From IMG/VR virus record IMGVR_UViG_2585427754_000004: a stretch of 64,000 nucleotides of DNA; one strand, written 5' to 3'. The translations under genes and the position numbers were made by a program. The DNA comes from a virus. Lineage: Duplodnaviria > Heunggongvirae > Uroviricota > Caudoviricetes. Positions 27,240 through 36,541 of the stretch are shown one piece after another. How positions within the stretch are numbered: position 1 is the stretch's first letter; every line of letters begins with the position of its first letter. The notes under the pieces were generated by a model that saw only the letters and a program-made list of their open reading frames with translations, was not told the DNA's origin and ran no database searches.

Positions 27240-28268
27240 ATGTCTAAGACATTACTTGATTTGCTTAACAAAACTCGTGAAGACATTGCCGCCAAACGTG
27301 GCAACAACGTTGATCTGACTCGCTTAAAAGACGGCGTCAACTATATCCGCATCTTCCCGAATAAAGACGACCCAAACGGTAAGTTCTTCCAGACTTTCGG
27401 TATGCACTACGTTAAGTATCAGAACGAGGAAGGTAAAGAAGCAACCAACGCTTATATTTGTGAGCAACATACTCACGGTCGCGCTTGTCAGCTATGCGAA
27501 ATGGTTATGGAAGGTCGCGCTCGTCACAAGGGCAACAAAGCAATGGAAGAACGCATCGGTCAAATGCGTGCCACTCCTCGCTACCTGGTCAACGGCATTC
27601 TTTCTGCTCGTGAGGATTTCGCAGATGCTGAGAAATGCCAGTTAATCGAGCTGCCGTCTACTGTATTCGATGATATCTGCAAAGCAATCACCGAAGACAT
27701 CGCTGATGATATCGGCAATCCACTGAGCAAAGAGGAAGGCTACGCATTCCTGATTAAACGTACTGGCTCTGGTCGCGATACCAAATATGACGTCTCGCCT
27801 AAGCGTAAAGTCTACAAAGGCGATATCGAAGATAAATTCTGGAACACCCAGCATGATCTGATCGCATACGCAAATCAGGCTGATGAAACTCGTCTTCTGT
27901 CGACAGTTCGCACTATGGGTCGTCTGATTGGCATCGCTGCACCAACTGCCGCAGCATCTGCACCAGCAATTTCCTCAACCGCGAAAACATCGGCTGCGGC
28001 ACTACCTGGATTTGGCTCTGTCACTGGTCATACGGAGGGTGCGACTGCTGTAGCAACCGCTCACACCCCAGCTTCTGAACCAACCAGTCTGGTTGATGAA
28101 GAAATCCTCCGTGCCGTTGAAACTGAATTTAAACCAGAAGCAAGTTCCGCTGCCGTTGCCGTATCAGTCAAAGAGTCTGAAGCAGTCGCAGCGACATCTG
28201 TAGCAGCCGCATCTGCGACGGAAGATGAAGGTCTGGATGACCTACTGAGAGAGCTGGACTCTCTGTAA
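27240..28268 (+). CDS. Single-stranded DNA-binding protein (T4 gp32-like)
   Basis: N-terminal YIRIFPNKDDPNG (compare gp32 RFLPSKNDEQ), Zn-binding HTHGRACQLCE, Ala/Ser-rich linker and acidic C-terminal tail DDLLRELDSL. Confidence 0.6.
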   Translation: MSKTLLDLLNKTREDIAAKRGNNVDLTRLKDGVNYIRIFPNKDDPNGKFFQTFGMHYVKYQNEEGKEATNAYICEQHTHGRACQLCEMVMEGRARHKGNKAMEERIGQMRATPRYLVNGILSAREDFADAEKCQLIELPSTVFDDICKAITEDIADDIGNPLSKEEGYAFLIKRTGSGRDTKYDVSPKRKVYKGDIEDKFWNTQHDLIAYANQADETRLLSTVRTMGRLIGIAAPTAAASAPAISSTAKTSAAALPGFGSVTGHTEGATAVATAHTPASEPTSLVDEEILRAVETEFKPEASSAAVAVSVKESEAVAATSVAAASATEDEGLDDLLRELDSL

Positions 28269-28285
28269 TCCCATTACGTGACCAG

Positions 28286-28313
28286 TAAGGCGTCTACGGA
28301 CGCCTTACTTTTT
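28286..28313 (+). terminator. Terminator hairpin (AGGCGTC family)
   Basis: GTAAGGCGTC-tacg-GACGCCTTAC followed by TTTTT. Confidence 0.6.
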
Positions 28314-28328
28314 GGAAGGAATGTACCG

Positions 28329-29273
28329 GTGAATTATCTCTTCGTAGATGGCAATAGCCTTGGTTATTACCACCAACAATCTGACAAATTGCACAACGGC
28401 GAAATGGAAGTACAGGCTGCTTTCGGCTTTGTTAAGAACGTCCGTCGTTATGCCTCCATCCTCCATGCCCGACCTATGATTCTTTGGGATGGATTTAGTG
28501 ACAAGCGTCGCGACTTTTACCCGGACTACAAAGCAAATCGCGACGACGATCCTGATATGAAAAAGATGAAGGAAGGCTTTGCTATCCAGAAGCCATACAT
28601 CCTAAAAATGATGACCGCGCTTGGAGTTACCCAACTCATTGCAAAAGATGCAGAAGCGGATGATCTGGCCGGGCTGCTGGTATCCCGCATGGCACCGCAG
28701 CCAACCGTTGAACACATCTATCTGTTAACAGGCGATAGCGACTGGCTTCAGTTAGTTCGTGAAAACGTAAGCTGGGTAAGCCTGCGTGAAGACGCCAAAA
28801 ACAAGCAGGTTAATTTTGAGCAATTTGCGGAGCTGACAGGATTCGCCACGCCTCGCGCATTTTTGGAAGCAAAAGCATTACAAGGCGATAACTCGGACAA
28901 CATTAGCGGTGTTGGTGGCATTGGTGCTGGCGGTGCGAAAGAGCTGCTGCATGAATGGGGAAGTGTCGCAACGATGGTACGCGGCATCAACGACGGCTCA
29001 ATCGTGGTTAATAAAGGGCGTCATAAGACCGCCTTCAACAAACTAGCGAAGAATGCCTTCAACGAGAAAACAGGCTGTCGAATGCTCGAAGCGTTCAAGA
29101 GAAACATCACGCTAATGAACCTGATTGAGACGAAGTTTCCGCCTACCGAAATCGAAACAATCAAAGGCAATCGTGACGTGAAAGCATTCGAGCAACTGTG
29201 CTACGAGCTGAATTTCCGTTCGTTCCTTGAAGACCTTGAAGTGTTTGTTCTTCCATTCGAAAGGTATTGCTAA
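28329..29273 (+). CDS. 5'-3' exonuclease / flap endonuclease (FEN family)
   Basis: DAEADDLAG, GDSDWLQL and H3TH motif LQGDNSDNISGVGGIGAGGAKEL. Start set at in-frame GTG after the upstream terminator; ORF track 28278. Confidence 0.75.
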   Translation: MNYLFVDGNSLGYYHQQSDKLHNGEMEVQAAFGFVKNVRRYASILHARPMILWDGFSDKRRDFYPDYKANRDDDPDMKKMKEGFAIQKPYILKMMTALGVTQLIAKDAEADDLAGLLVSRMAPQPTVEHIYLLTGDSDWLQLVRENVSWVSLREDAKNKQVNFEQFAELTGFATPRAFLEAKALQGDNSDNISGVGGIGAGGAKELLHEWGSVATMVRGINDGSIVVNKGRHKTAFNKLAKNAFNEKTGCRMLEAFKRNITLMNLIETKFPPTEIETIKGNRDVKAFEQLCYELNFRSFLEDLEVFVLPFERYC

Positions 29274-29539
29274 TGCTTAAATCGATTATCAATGGCGCTA
29301 CAACCACCCCTGCCCAACTGGCAAAAGAGATTGTCTTTTATCACGGTGAGTACGCTGTCATCGCACTGCCGTCAATTCTAGGCGCTGCCGGAATGAAAGC
29401 GACAGATCGCGAGTTTGGATTAGTCAGCGAGCAGGTCGTAAAAATCCTCGCTCGTGTATCCAGACTCCTTAACCACGATGCGATTGTATTCGATGAATCC
29501 GCCGCTTTAAAACGAATCAACGAAACAAAAGGAGCCTGA
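29267..29539 (+). CDS. Hypothetical protein
   Basis: 90-aa ORF overlapping neighbouring stop and start codons. Confidence 0.3.
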   Translation: MLMLKSIINGATTTPAQLAKEIVFYHGEYAVIALPSILGAAGMKATDREFGLVSEQVVKILARVSRLLNHDAIVFDESAALKRINETKGA

Positions 29540-29541
29540 TC

Positions 29542-30615
29542 ATGGCAAAAGGAAAATCCGCACTGGCACTTGCTCTGAAAAAGAAAATCGGTAGCAACGA
29601 CGAAATTCAGAAAGTAACTCATTGGATTGATACAGGCTTTCCACCGTTAAACAAAGCTATTTCTGGTCGTTACGATGGCGGCTTCCCATGTGGTCGTATC
29701 GTCGAAGTATTCGGTCCTCCAAGTGCAGGGAAAACGTTCCTTGCAACAGCAGCGATGATCTCCGCTCAAAAACAAGATGGTCTGGCGGTATTCCTCGATC
29801 ATGAAAACAGTTTTGACGTTGGCCTGGCTGTAGCCAATGGCCTGAACGCAGATGAGGATGACGGTCAGTGGGTATACAAGCAGCCAGATACCTTCGAAGA
29901 CTCTGTAGAGTTGATCGGCACAATACTTAAATTGGTTCGTGATGAAGAGCTTATCCCCGAATCAGCACCTATCTGTATCGTGGCTGACTCTCTTGCGTCT
30001 ATGGTTCCGAACTCCAAAGCCGAGAAGTTCGAAAAGATGGCTGAAGGCACTGCCAAAGACAAAGATCAGCTAAACATGAACGACAATACGGCACTGGCTC
30101 GTGCGACGAGTGCGAACTTCCCTACTCTGGCTTTGTGGGCACGCAAATACAACGCCTGCATCATCTTCTTGAATCAGGTTCGCACAAAAATCGGTGTAAT
30201 GTTTGGCGACCCTACTACGTCGCCAGGTGGAGATTCACCGAAGTTCTACGCTTCTGTACGTATCCGTCTTGGTGCATCGGTGATGAAGGATGGTAAAGAG
30301 AAGATCGGCCAGGACGTAGGCGCAGAATGCATCAAAAACAAAGTTGCACCACCGTATGGCAAATGCACCTGGAAATTCTACTTCGATCCTACTCGTGGCC
30401 TCGACGTTATCGAATCGCTCGTCGAGTACATGCTGGAAGAAGGATACCTGCCAAAGAACGCCAGCGGGCGAGTTGAAATTGGTGACAAGAAATACACAAA
30501 ATCGCAGATCGTCGAGATGTATCGGGAGAAGCCATTAGCAGAAATCATTGCTGCGTTACAGACGATAGATGACCGACGAGAGAAGACATCACCAACAGAA
30601 GAACTAGAAGATTAA
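29542..30615 (+). CDS. recA: RecA-family recombinase
   Basis: GRIVEVFGPPSAGKTFLA Walker A and IFLNQVRTKIGVMFGDPTTSPGGDSPKFYASVR closely match bacterial RecA core motifs. Confidence 0.85.
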   Translation: MAKGKSALALALKKKIGSNDEIQKVTHWIDTGFPPLNKAISGRYDGGFPCGRIVEVFGPPSAGKTFLATAAMISAQKQDGLAVFLDHENSFDVGLAVANGLNADEDDGQWVYKQPDTFEDSVELIGTILKLVRDEELIPESAPICIVADSLASMVPNSKAEKFEKMAEGTAKDKDQLNMNDNTALARATSANFPTLALWARKYNACIIFLNQVRTKIGVMFGDPTTSPGGDSPKFYASVRIRLGASVMKDGKEKIGQDVGAECIKNKVAPPYGKCTWKFYFDPTRGLDVIESLVEYMLEEGYLPKNASGRVEIGDKKYTKSQIVEMYREKPLAEIIAALQTIDDRREKTSPTEELED

Positions 30616-30620
30616 TTATC

Positions 30621-30646
30621 AGGCGTCCAAACGGACGCCTTTTTTG
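30621..30646 (+). terminator. Rho-independent terminator (AGGCGTCC family)
   Basis: AGGCGTCC-aaac-GGACGCCT followed by TTTTTTG. Confidence 0.7.
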
Positions 30647-30708
30647 TATATTGAAAATGTATAAGCACTTACTTATCATTAGCACACAATAACCACATAG
30701 GAAAACAC

Positions 30709-30909
30709 ATGATCAAACTCTATCTTATGGCAGTAGTTACAGGTCTATCTGTAGTTTTCATCTACTGTTTGCTGGTTCCGTCGCTGATCTCTACTAAAAG
30801 CGACATTGCCGTAATGCTTGGAATCATCGTTGCTTTTGGCGCTCCTGTGATCGGGTTTATTGCAGGTCGTAAGTTTCTAAAGTCACTCATCAATTCGAAG
30901 GAGAAGTAA
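30709..30909 (+). CDS. Small two-helix membrane protein (possible partner of the SPFH protein)
   Basis: 66 aa, two hydrophobic segments; stop 3 nt before the next start. Confidence 0.35.
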   Translation: MIKLYLMAVVTGLSVVFIYCLLVPSLISTKSDIAVMLGIIVAFGAPVIGFIAGRKFLKSLINSKEK

Positions 30910-30912
30910 GTA

Positions 30913-31743
30913 ATGAAGAAAGGTTTACTGGCAGTGATCGTGGCCGCTGTTTGCACAATGGGTCTTACTGGCTGCGATCGCGTGGAGCCTGGATACGTTG
31001 GCATCAAAGTAAACAAATTAGGTGAAGACAAAGGGATTGGTGAAGTGGTTGGCGTTGGTCGCCAATGGACAGGTCTTAACACCGAACTTTACGTATTCCC
31101 GACCTTCAAACAAATGAAGACCTACGACGAGCCGTTCACATTCCAGATGAGTGACGGTACTGCTATTGGTCACAAAATTGGCGTTGCGTATCTGGTTAAT
31201 CGTGACAAGGTAACGACGGTGTTCCAGACCTATCGCAAAGGCGTAGACGATATCACCGAATCAGATCTGCGTCAGAAAATTGCCGACTCTCTAAACCGTT
31301 TGGCCAGCCGTATGACCACTGACTCATTTATCGACGGTGGTAAGGCACAATTGCTGGACAACGCACTGAAAGATATTCAGAAAGAGATGTCTCCGGTTGG
31401 TATTGAGGTACTGAGCCTGTCATGGGTTGGAAAGCCTGATTACCCAAAAACCGTCATAGAATCTATCAACGCCAAAGTAACGGCTAACCAGCGTACTCTG
31501 CAACGTCAGCAGGAAGTAGAACAACGTAAAGCTGAGGCGAATATGCTGCGTGAACAGGCTAATGGTGAAGCTGATGCTATCCGTGCTCGTGCGCAGGCAG
31601 AAGCAGATGCCATTCGTCTGCGCGGTGAAGCTCTGCGTCAAAACCCGAACGTTATGGAACTGGAAGCCATCAATAAATGGAATGGCCAGTTACCGCAGTA
31701 CATGACTCAAGGGGCTAACACTCCTTTCATTACAGTGAAATAA
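30913..31743 (+). CDS. SPFH/Band-7 domain lipoprotein
   Basis: Signal peptide with lipobox LTGC; C-terminal Ala/Glu/Arg-rich helix (EQRKAEANMLREQANGEADAIRARAQAEADAIRLRGEA) typical of the prohibitin/HflK fold. Confidence 0.55.
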   Translation: MKKGLLAVIVAAVCTMGLTGCDRVEPGYVGIKVNKLGEDKGIGEVVGVGRQWTGLNTELYVFPTFKQMKTYDEPFTFQMSDGTAIGHKIGVAYLVNRDKVTTVFQTYRKGVDDITESDLRQKIADSLNRLASRMTTDSFIDGGKAQLLDNALKDIQKEMSPVGIEVLSLSWVGKPDYPKTVIESINAKVTANQRTLQRQQEVEQRKAEANMLREQANGEADAIRARAQAEADAIRLRGEALRQNPNVMELEAINKWNGQLPQYMTQGANTPFITVK

Positions 31744-31758
31744 CTCCCCTAAAAAGTT

Positions 31759-31785
31759 CAGGCGTCCAGTTGGACGCCTTTTTTA
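31759..31785 (+). terminator. Rho-independent terminator (AGGCGTCC family)
   Basis: AGGCGTCC-agtt-GGACGCCT followed by TTTTTT. Confidence 0.7.
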
Positions 31786-31834
31786 TCGCAATTATCTTAT
31801 TAAGAAAACAATTTGTTTAAAAGGATAAGAAAAC

Positions 31835-32260
31835 ATGACAGCTATTAAGAAACTCTACGATGCCGCAAACGTGGCTCTGGATGTTATTGATGATGAAGTA
31901 GCAAAAGGCTTTCCTGAACCTGATTGGGCGCATCAGCTACGAAACGCTATCGCAGAAATGACCCCACCAGATCCAACCCCCGACGAGACAGACTGGCAGC
32001 GATTCATCCGTATGTACGCTCAGGAAATAGGTCCAACGCCAACGGCAGAGCAGGCAATGCTGCTGAAATACTTCAAAGAGGCGGGAGAGGATTTACCAAT
32101 TGATGACTCAGCATATTGGTTCCACTGCGCATGGCGTAAGTATGACGTGATATTCACACAAGGCATGGGAAGCAAAGATATGGTTGTGTGGCATCTACTC
32201 CATATAGACACAGCCGTTGACAGAGTTATTGAACAGTTTTTCCCTAAACAAGAAGATTGA
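31835..32260 (+). CDS. Hypothetical protein
   Basis: 141-aa ORF with conserved upstream AAACAATTTGTTTAAAA motif. Confidence 0.35.
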   Translation: MTAIKKLYDAANVALDVIDDEVAKGFPEPDWAHQLRNAIAEMTPPDPTPDETDWQRFIRMYAQEIGPTPTAEQAMLLKYFKEAGEDLPIDDSAYWFHCAWRKYDVIFTQGMGSKDMVVWHLLHIDTAVDRVIEQFFPKQED

Positions 32261-32315
32261 TCGCCTATTCATAACTAACAAAATAAGTAAACACTAACCA
32301 CAAAAGGAAAAACAC

Positions 32316-32591
32316 ATGAGAGTTTTAGTTCGAATCGTTACCAGCACTGTCTATGACGTGTTTCCGCTTTTTATGGTCAAAGCCGATGGCCTTAACGACG
32401 AAGAAACTGACGCGCTGATCCAGCGTATTCTCGTTGAATATACAGGTCATGACGCTGATTCAGTGATGGTTGATGATGATGGTGTTTGTTGGCATAACGG
32501 CAACTGTTGGTACGTAGAAGAGACTCAACAAATCAGTGATGAAGATGCCGAACATCTTGAGCGTATTTTAAGCATCAGCACTTTTGAGTGA
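32316..32591 (+). CDS. Hypothetical acidic protein
   Basis: 91-aa ORF with the shared AAAGGAAAAACACATG initiation sequence. Confidence 0.35.
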   Translation: MRVLVRIVTSTVYDVFPLFMVKADGLNDEETDALIQRILVEYTGHDADSVMVDDDGVCWHNGNCWYVEETQQISDEDAEHLERILSISTFE

Positions 32592-32806
32592 GTTTACAGT
32601 AAAATTTATATAAGTTAGTATCTACCTATCATGAAGATTTTTATTGAATACTTGTTACTCATCGTTTCAATAGCTTTTGTCATCGACTGCATTTTCACTG
32701 GTGTCATTCGTAAAGTCTTTTCCCCGGTGCACGACGTAGTCATAAACGCTTTGGCTATCGTGCTCGTATTTAATTCAGCATTTGATGTAATCAAAGAGGT
32801 GGCAGC

Positions 32807-33142
32807 ATGAAGGCCATCCCATTCGCGCTGTTGTTCCTTTCTTCGATCGTTGTGGCCGACACCACTGTTTATCAGTGTGAAATGTCTGTAGCCGACGTTA
32901 AGAATGGCGCTCTTACCGACGTCATAAAAGCACCATATGGAGCGATGGTCGTAGACAGCGGCGACCAGTTCTATGTTGTGCGTGACGATCGAGTGTTGTC
33001 ATCCCCATATCTCACAAATCGTAATGGCAAATTAACCGGCGTCGGAGAAGACCACTTCGTATACAACAAATACAAGGGCTTCTATGGCGTTCACGCTTCT
33101 CAGCAAAGCTACCTTTTCGATGACTGCAAGGAGGTTGGATAA
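32807..33142 (+). CDS. Secreted/periplasmic hypothetical protein
   Basis: N-terminal signal peptide MKAIPFALLFLSSIVVA. Confidence 0.35.
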   Translation: MKAIPFALLFLSSIVVADTTVYQCEMSVADVKNGALTDVIKAPYGAMVVDSGDQFYVVRDDRVLSSPYLTNRNGKLTGVGEDHFVYNKYKGFYGVHASQQSYLFDDCKEVG

Positions 33143-33354
33143 TGGCATTAACACTGGCAGGTCTGGAAATCGAGAAAACAAGCGGCTACTGGCGTGCTAA
33201 GGGTTTCAAGCAGCCTGGCATTCTTGAGCGTCTGGAACGTGAAGATGGGTATATCGTCCACCAGCGGCGTGAATGGCGTATGTACGATCCAGAAACAGGA
33301 AAACTGACTACAAAAGCCGGAACACTTTGGGGTCTGTTGAAGAAAATTCACTGA
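33142..33354 (+). CDS. Hypothetical small protein
   Basis: 70-aa ORF, start overlaps previous stop. Confidence 0.25.
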   Translation: MALTLAGLEIEKTSGYWRAKGFKQPGILERLEREDGYIVHQRREWRMYDPETGKLTTKAGTLWGLLKKIH

Positions 33355-33360
33355 TAACAC

Positions 33361-33843
33361 CAACCACTGCGGTGAGTAGTCTGCTCACCGCATTCGTATC
33401 CAGCTCATTATCCACTGTAGTCAGTAACAAAACCTTCCTACATATCTGCTAACCACTGTAGCGAGTAGACAGCCTTTCATTCGCATCAAACAACCACTAT
33501 GGTGAGTATTGGAGTGAGATGTCCAGCGGGTATCCACTATGGTGAGTAAGCCTTTGCTGTTTTCAGTGGATATCCACTCGCCACAGTGGATACGCTCAAA
33601 GATGAGGGCGACAACAACCACTATAGACAGTAAATTTTCCAAGATACCCAGTGACCACTAACCTCGCAGCCCTTGTTTCATCAGTGTTAGTGATCACTAA
33701 CATTTAATTCAGTATTTGCATTCTACTGCCTACAGTGGTTATCAACAGATAACGATACTCACTATAGTGGATAGCGAATTACAGATATAAGTAAGGCTCA
33801 CTACAGTGGATAGTGAGCCTTACTACTAACTACAGTGGTTGGG
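33361..33843. repeat. Iteron array downstream of repA (about 10 copies, both orientations; incA-like copy-control candidate)
   Basis: Repeated AACCACTRTGGTGAGTA / CTAYAGTGGWT units, e.g. at 33363, 33446, 33492, 33530, 33614, 33757, 33795, 33828. Confidence 0.6.
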
Positions 33844-34899
33844 CTATTTGCGAGTCTTTGCCTTGCGCAACTCTTCGAGAAGCGCCAGTTCTTCTTTACT
33901 CAACATGACCATTTTGCCTTCTTTTTCGTCAGGCACAACGTCGATAATGTCATCTTGATTCTCATCTGGGAGGCTATATTCCGTCTCATCATTATCGATT
34001 TTTGTTGATATTTGTGCCTGGCGTAACTTTGGCCGCCTATAGTGGATGACGAAGTAGACCGAGTTTCCGCGCTTAACTTCCGTGTAATCGAGATATCCTA
34101 TCTCTCGCAGCTGTTCCATAGCCTTTCTTACCGTCGCATTCTGAGTAATAGTGCGACTTGTCAGATTAAGTCTGGCGCGTAAACGGGCTAGTGATATTGG
34201 TGCCGGATCAGGCGGCAAACTTTCAATAAAAGTATAAAGCGCCTGAGCGGATTCTTTTCTTGAGAGTTCGTTTATAGCCCGGAGTTGCAGAAGAACCTTT
34301 TTGTCGAACTGGTAGAGTTCGAAAATCTTGGGATCTGCTTTCAGTTCGACCGTATCGTGCTTGACACTATATTTTGCCGTTTGCACAAGATGCGTTACGT
34401 AAAACTCATCAGAGCCTTTGCTACGGAACGAGATGGTATTTGTGGCAATACGGCTTAGCGAACTGTCCAGGCGTTTGCGTAACTTCGCTGATGACCTGGC
34501 GGTCGGAATGCCACACAGCCTTACAAACTCAACGAACGGCAACGTGACAGTATCGCCAACGACCTTGTGTTTGGCAAACGCGTGGATTATTCCCACCCAC
34601 GTTTTAAAGTCGTTATCCATATCAAGCCGAAGGCCAGAGATCCTTATGTCTTCGTACCCTTCGGCTTTTGCCAGAGACAGCTGTTTGAGTTCAGCAGAGG
34701 CATCCATAGAGACCATTTGCCCCTTTCTTCCTCTGGATGTCGATTTCAGCGTCGGAACGAAGAGGCCCAGACGCATCAAAGCAACAGGCTGAACAGTGTT
34801 ATTAGTGTTAGGAACCAACGTAACAACTTCGCCTGTCTTTTTATCTGTTTCTGAAAATGCTTCAACGATCGCTATGTTTTTATTGCCGTTTTCGCTCAT
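33844..34899 (-). CDS. repA: Iteron-type plasmid replication initiator (RepA-like)
   Basis: 351 aa with winged-helix-like C-terminal region; flanked on both sides by iterons of the same sequence family; DnaA box and GATC cluster upstream. Confidence 0.55.
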   Translation of the reverse strand: MSENGNKNIAIVEAFSETDKKTGEVVTLVPNTNNTVQPVALMRLGLFVPTLKSTSRGRKGQMVSMDASAELKQLSLAKAEGYEDIRISGLRLDMDNDFKTWVGIIHAFAKHKVVGDTVTLPFVEFVRLCGIPTARSSAKLRKRLDSSLSRIATNTISFRSKGSDEFYVTHLVQTAKYSVKHDTVELKADPKIFELYQFDKKVLLQLRAINELSRKESAQALYTFIESLPPDPAPISLARLRARLNLTSRTITQNATVRKAMEQLREIGYLDYTEVKRGNSVYFVIHYRRPKLRQAQISTKIDNDETEYSLPDENQDDIIDVVPDEKEGKMVMLSKEELALLEELRKAKTRK

Positions 34900-34987
34900 T
34901 CCAAATGTCTCTTGTTATTCGACGGCTTTGGTGGCCTTTGCTGATTACAGTGGATAGTAGCACTCATCACAGCGGTTATCCTACCGT

Positions 34988-35059
34988 CTATAGTGGTTTT
35001 TCTCCTCTCTATAGTGGTTGCTTTGCTCCCTATAGTGGATTATTCGCTCTCTATAGTGG
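34988..35059. repeat. Four direct iterons (CTATAGTGG core) at exact 21-bp spacing upstream of repA
   Basis: Core starts at 34988, 35009, 35030, 35051. Confidence 0.7.
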
Positions 35060-35173
35060 ATATCGATCATGTCTGAAGGCAGATGGCACAACGGTTTGAG
35101 GTTGGCGGGGATCTTATTGGGTCTTTATGGGTCTCTTTGGTTCTCTTTGTGATCTGAATTACTGGATCGGGCC

Positions 35174-35182
35174 TGTGGATAA
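35174..35182 (-). promoter_or_regulatory. DnaA box (TTATCCACA on minus strand)
   Basis: TGTGGATAA on the plus strand is a perfect 9-mer consensus; two 8/9 matches nearby (35221..35229, 35548..35556). Confidence 0.5.
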
Positions 35183-35345
35183 AAATCAGAGGATTTCAAG
35201 AACAGGTAACTCTACTCTTCTGTGGATATTTAAGGACATAAGAATCATGACTAAGAGTAGAGTTTAAAATATATCTATTTATATCAGTATGTTAATGAAG
35301 AATTAAGTCATTAAGTTATCCATAAAAGACAATGTGCTCTACTCT

Positions 35346-35440
35346 CTACAGTGGATATATACAGCTCTCCAGAGTGGTTGTTTTACTCTTCATAGCGGTT
35401 ATTCAGCTCTCTACAGAGGTTTCTTTGCTCTCCATAGTGG
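35346..35440. repeat. Second array of five iterons at about 21-bp spacing
   Basis: CTACAGTGG, CAGAGTGG, CATAGCGG, CTACAGAGG, CATAGTGG cores at about 35346, 35369, 35390, 35411, 35432. Confidence 0.6.
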
Positions 35441-35483
35441 ATGGCAACACCCTTTCAGACCAGTAACCGCAACGGCTAGAGGC

Positions 35484-35541
35484 GATCGGGGATCTCTTTG
35501 GATCTTCTATTTGATCTTACTTGGGATCTCTTATTTGGATC
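35484..35541. promoter_or_regulatory. Cluster of six GATC sites in 58 bp (candidate Dam/SeqA-regulated origin region)
   Basis: GATC at 35484, 35491, 35501, 35513, 35525, 35538; a smaller cluster at 35065..35168. Confidence 0.5.
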
Positions 35542-35642
35542 TATCCAGTGGATAACTGGGATAAGTAAAACAGGCAAATGCAGATTAAGGTATGCCTAAT
35601 GAGTTATCGTAGCATCGGCCAATAACTACTGAAAAAACGATT

Positions 35643-36287
35643 ATGGATCTAAAACGCACGCGCTGGGTTCGTCGTCTTGATGACGGCTCCTACACTATCG
35701 AATCAAATTCCAACCTGAATAAGCAGAAGTTACTTTGTGATATCTGCGGTATAGCGGCGAAGTGCCCGATCTACGAAACCAGAATTAAACTTGATAAGGC
35801 TGGTGTGAACTTTCATTTGAATAGTTGTATCAGGTACGTTCCATTGCTCGCATTTCGTAAACCGATCATCGGATTGGATGCGCCCTACTTCAACACACTC
35901 CGTTCAGGAGTAACGTGGCGAGATCGTTTATCACCAGACAAACTGATTTGCCTTGTATCCGCAGATACAGGAAAAATCATTCGTTTTGGGAAAGTAGACA
36001 AGGTTTACTCAGGCCCAGTTGACGAGATGTTGCGGAAACACAGCCGGTTTAATCACCTCTGCATGGGTGGTGAGAAAATCGAGAAGGTTGAAGAAGTGAT
36101 CCGCAAATCCTACGGACACTTCCTGACCAAAGATAGCCTGCTCACTGCAATCTACATCAGACATGTAAAACGTGAGTTCGACCTTGAATACCATAGCGAA
36201 GAAGAACTGAACCTTGTCGATCCACGTCCTAAAGCTGGCGTCATAAGCATAAATGCAGCGCGTAAAAAGCCCACTGACGCGCTGTAA
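35643..36287 (+). CDS. Hypothetical protein adjacent to the origin
   Basis: 214-aa ORF preceded by a GATC-rich region. Confidence 0.3.
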   Translation: MDLKRTRWVRRLDDGSYTIESNSNLNKQKLLCDICGIAAKCPIYETRIKLDKAGVNFHLNSCIRYVPLLAFRKPIIGLDAPYFNTLRSGVTWRDRLSPDKLICLVSADTGKIIRFGKVDKVYSGPVDEMLRKHSRFNHLCMGGEKIEKVEEVIRKSYGHFLTKDSLLTAIYIRHVKREFDLEYHSEEELNLVDPRPKAGVISINAARKKPTDAL

Positions 36288-36541
36288 CCCTCCAGATCGT
36301 ATATTGGCGTAGATAGAATCTACGCCCCCTCAAAATAGCTCTCATAGCGTTCTACAGTGATCCTGTCTTATTTTTAGTCATACAGACAAGCAAAGTTGCG
36401 CCACGATAAATAGGTATATACTTACTTATAAATTTTGTATATTAAGGCGCTCGTTTCATTCCTAACATACCGTTATGCATAGTTGTTTACCTCCTCATTG
36501 CTCTTAGAATTTGTATCAAAATAACCACAAAGGAAAAACAC

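Noticed and set aside
33361-35561. Possible CRISPR array, because of many short repeats
   Set aside because: Repeats are 9 to 17 bp, occur in both orientations with 21-bp periodicity, flank a rep gene and coexist with a DnaA box and GATC clusters. That is an iteron origin, not repeat-spacer structure.
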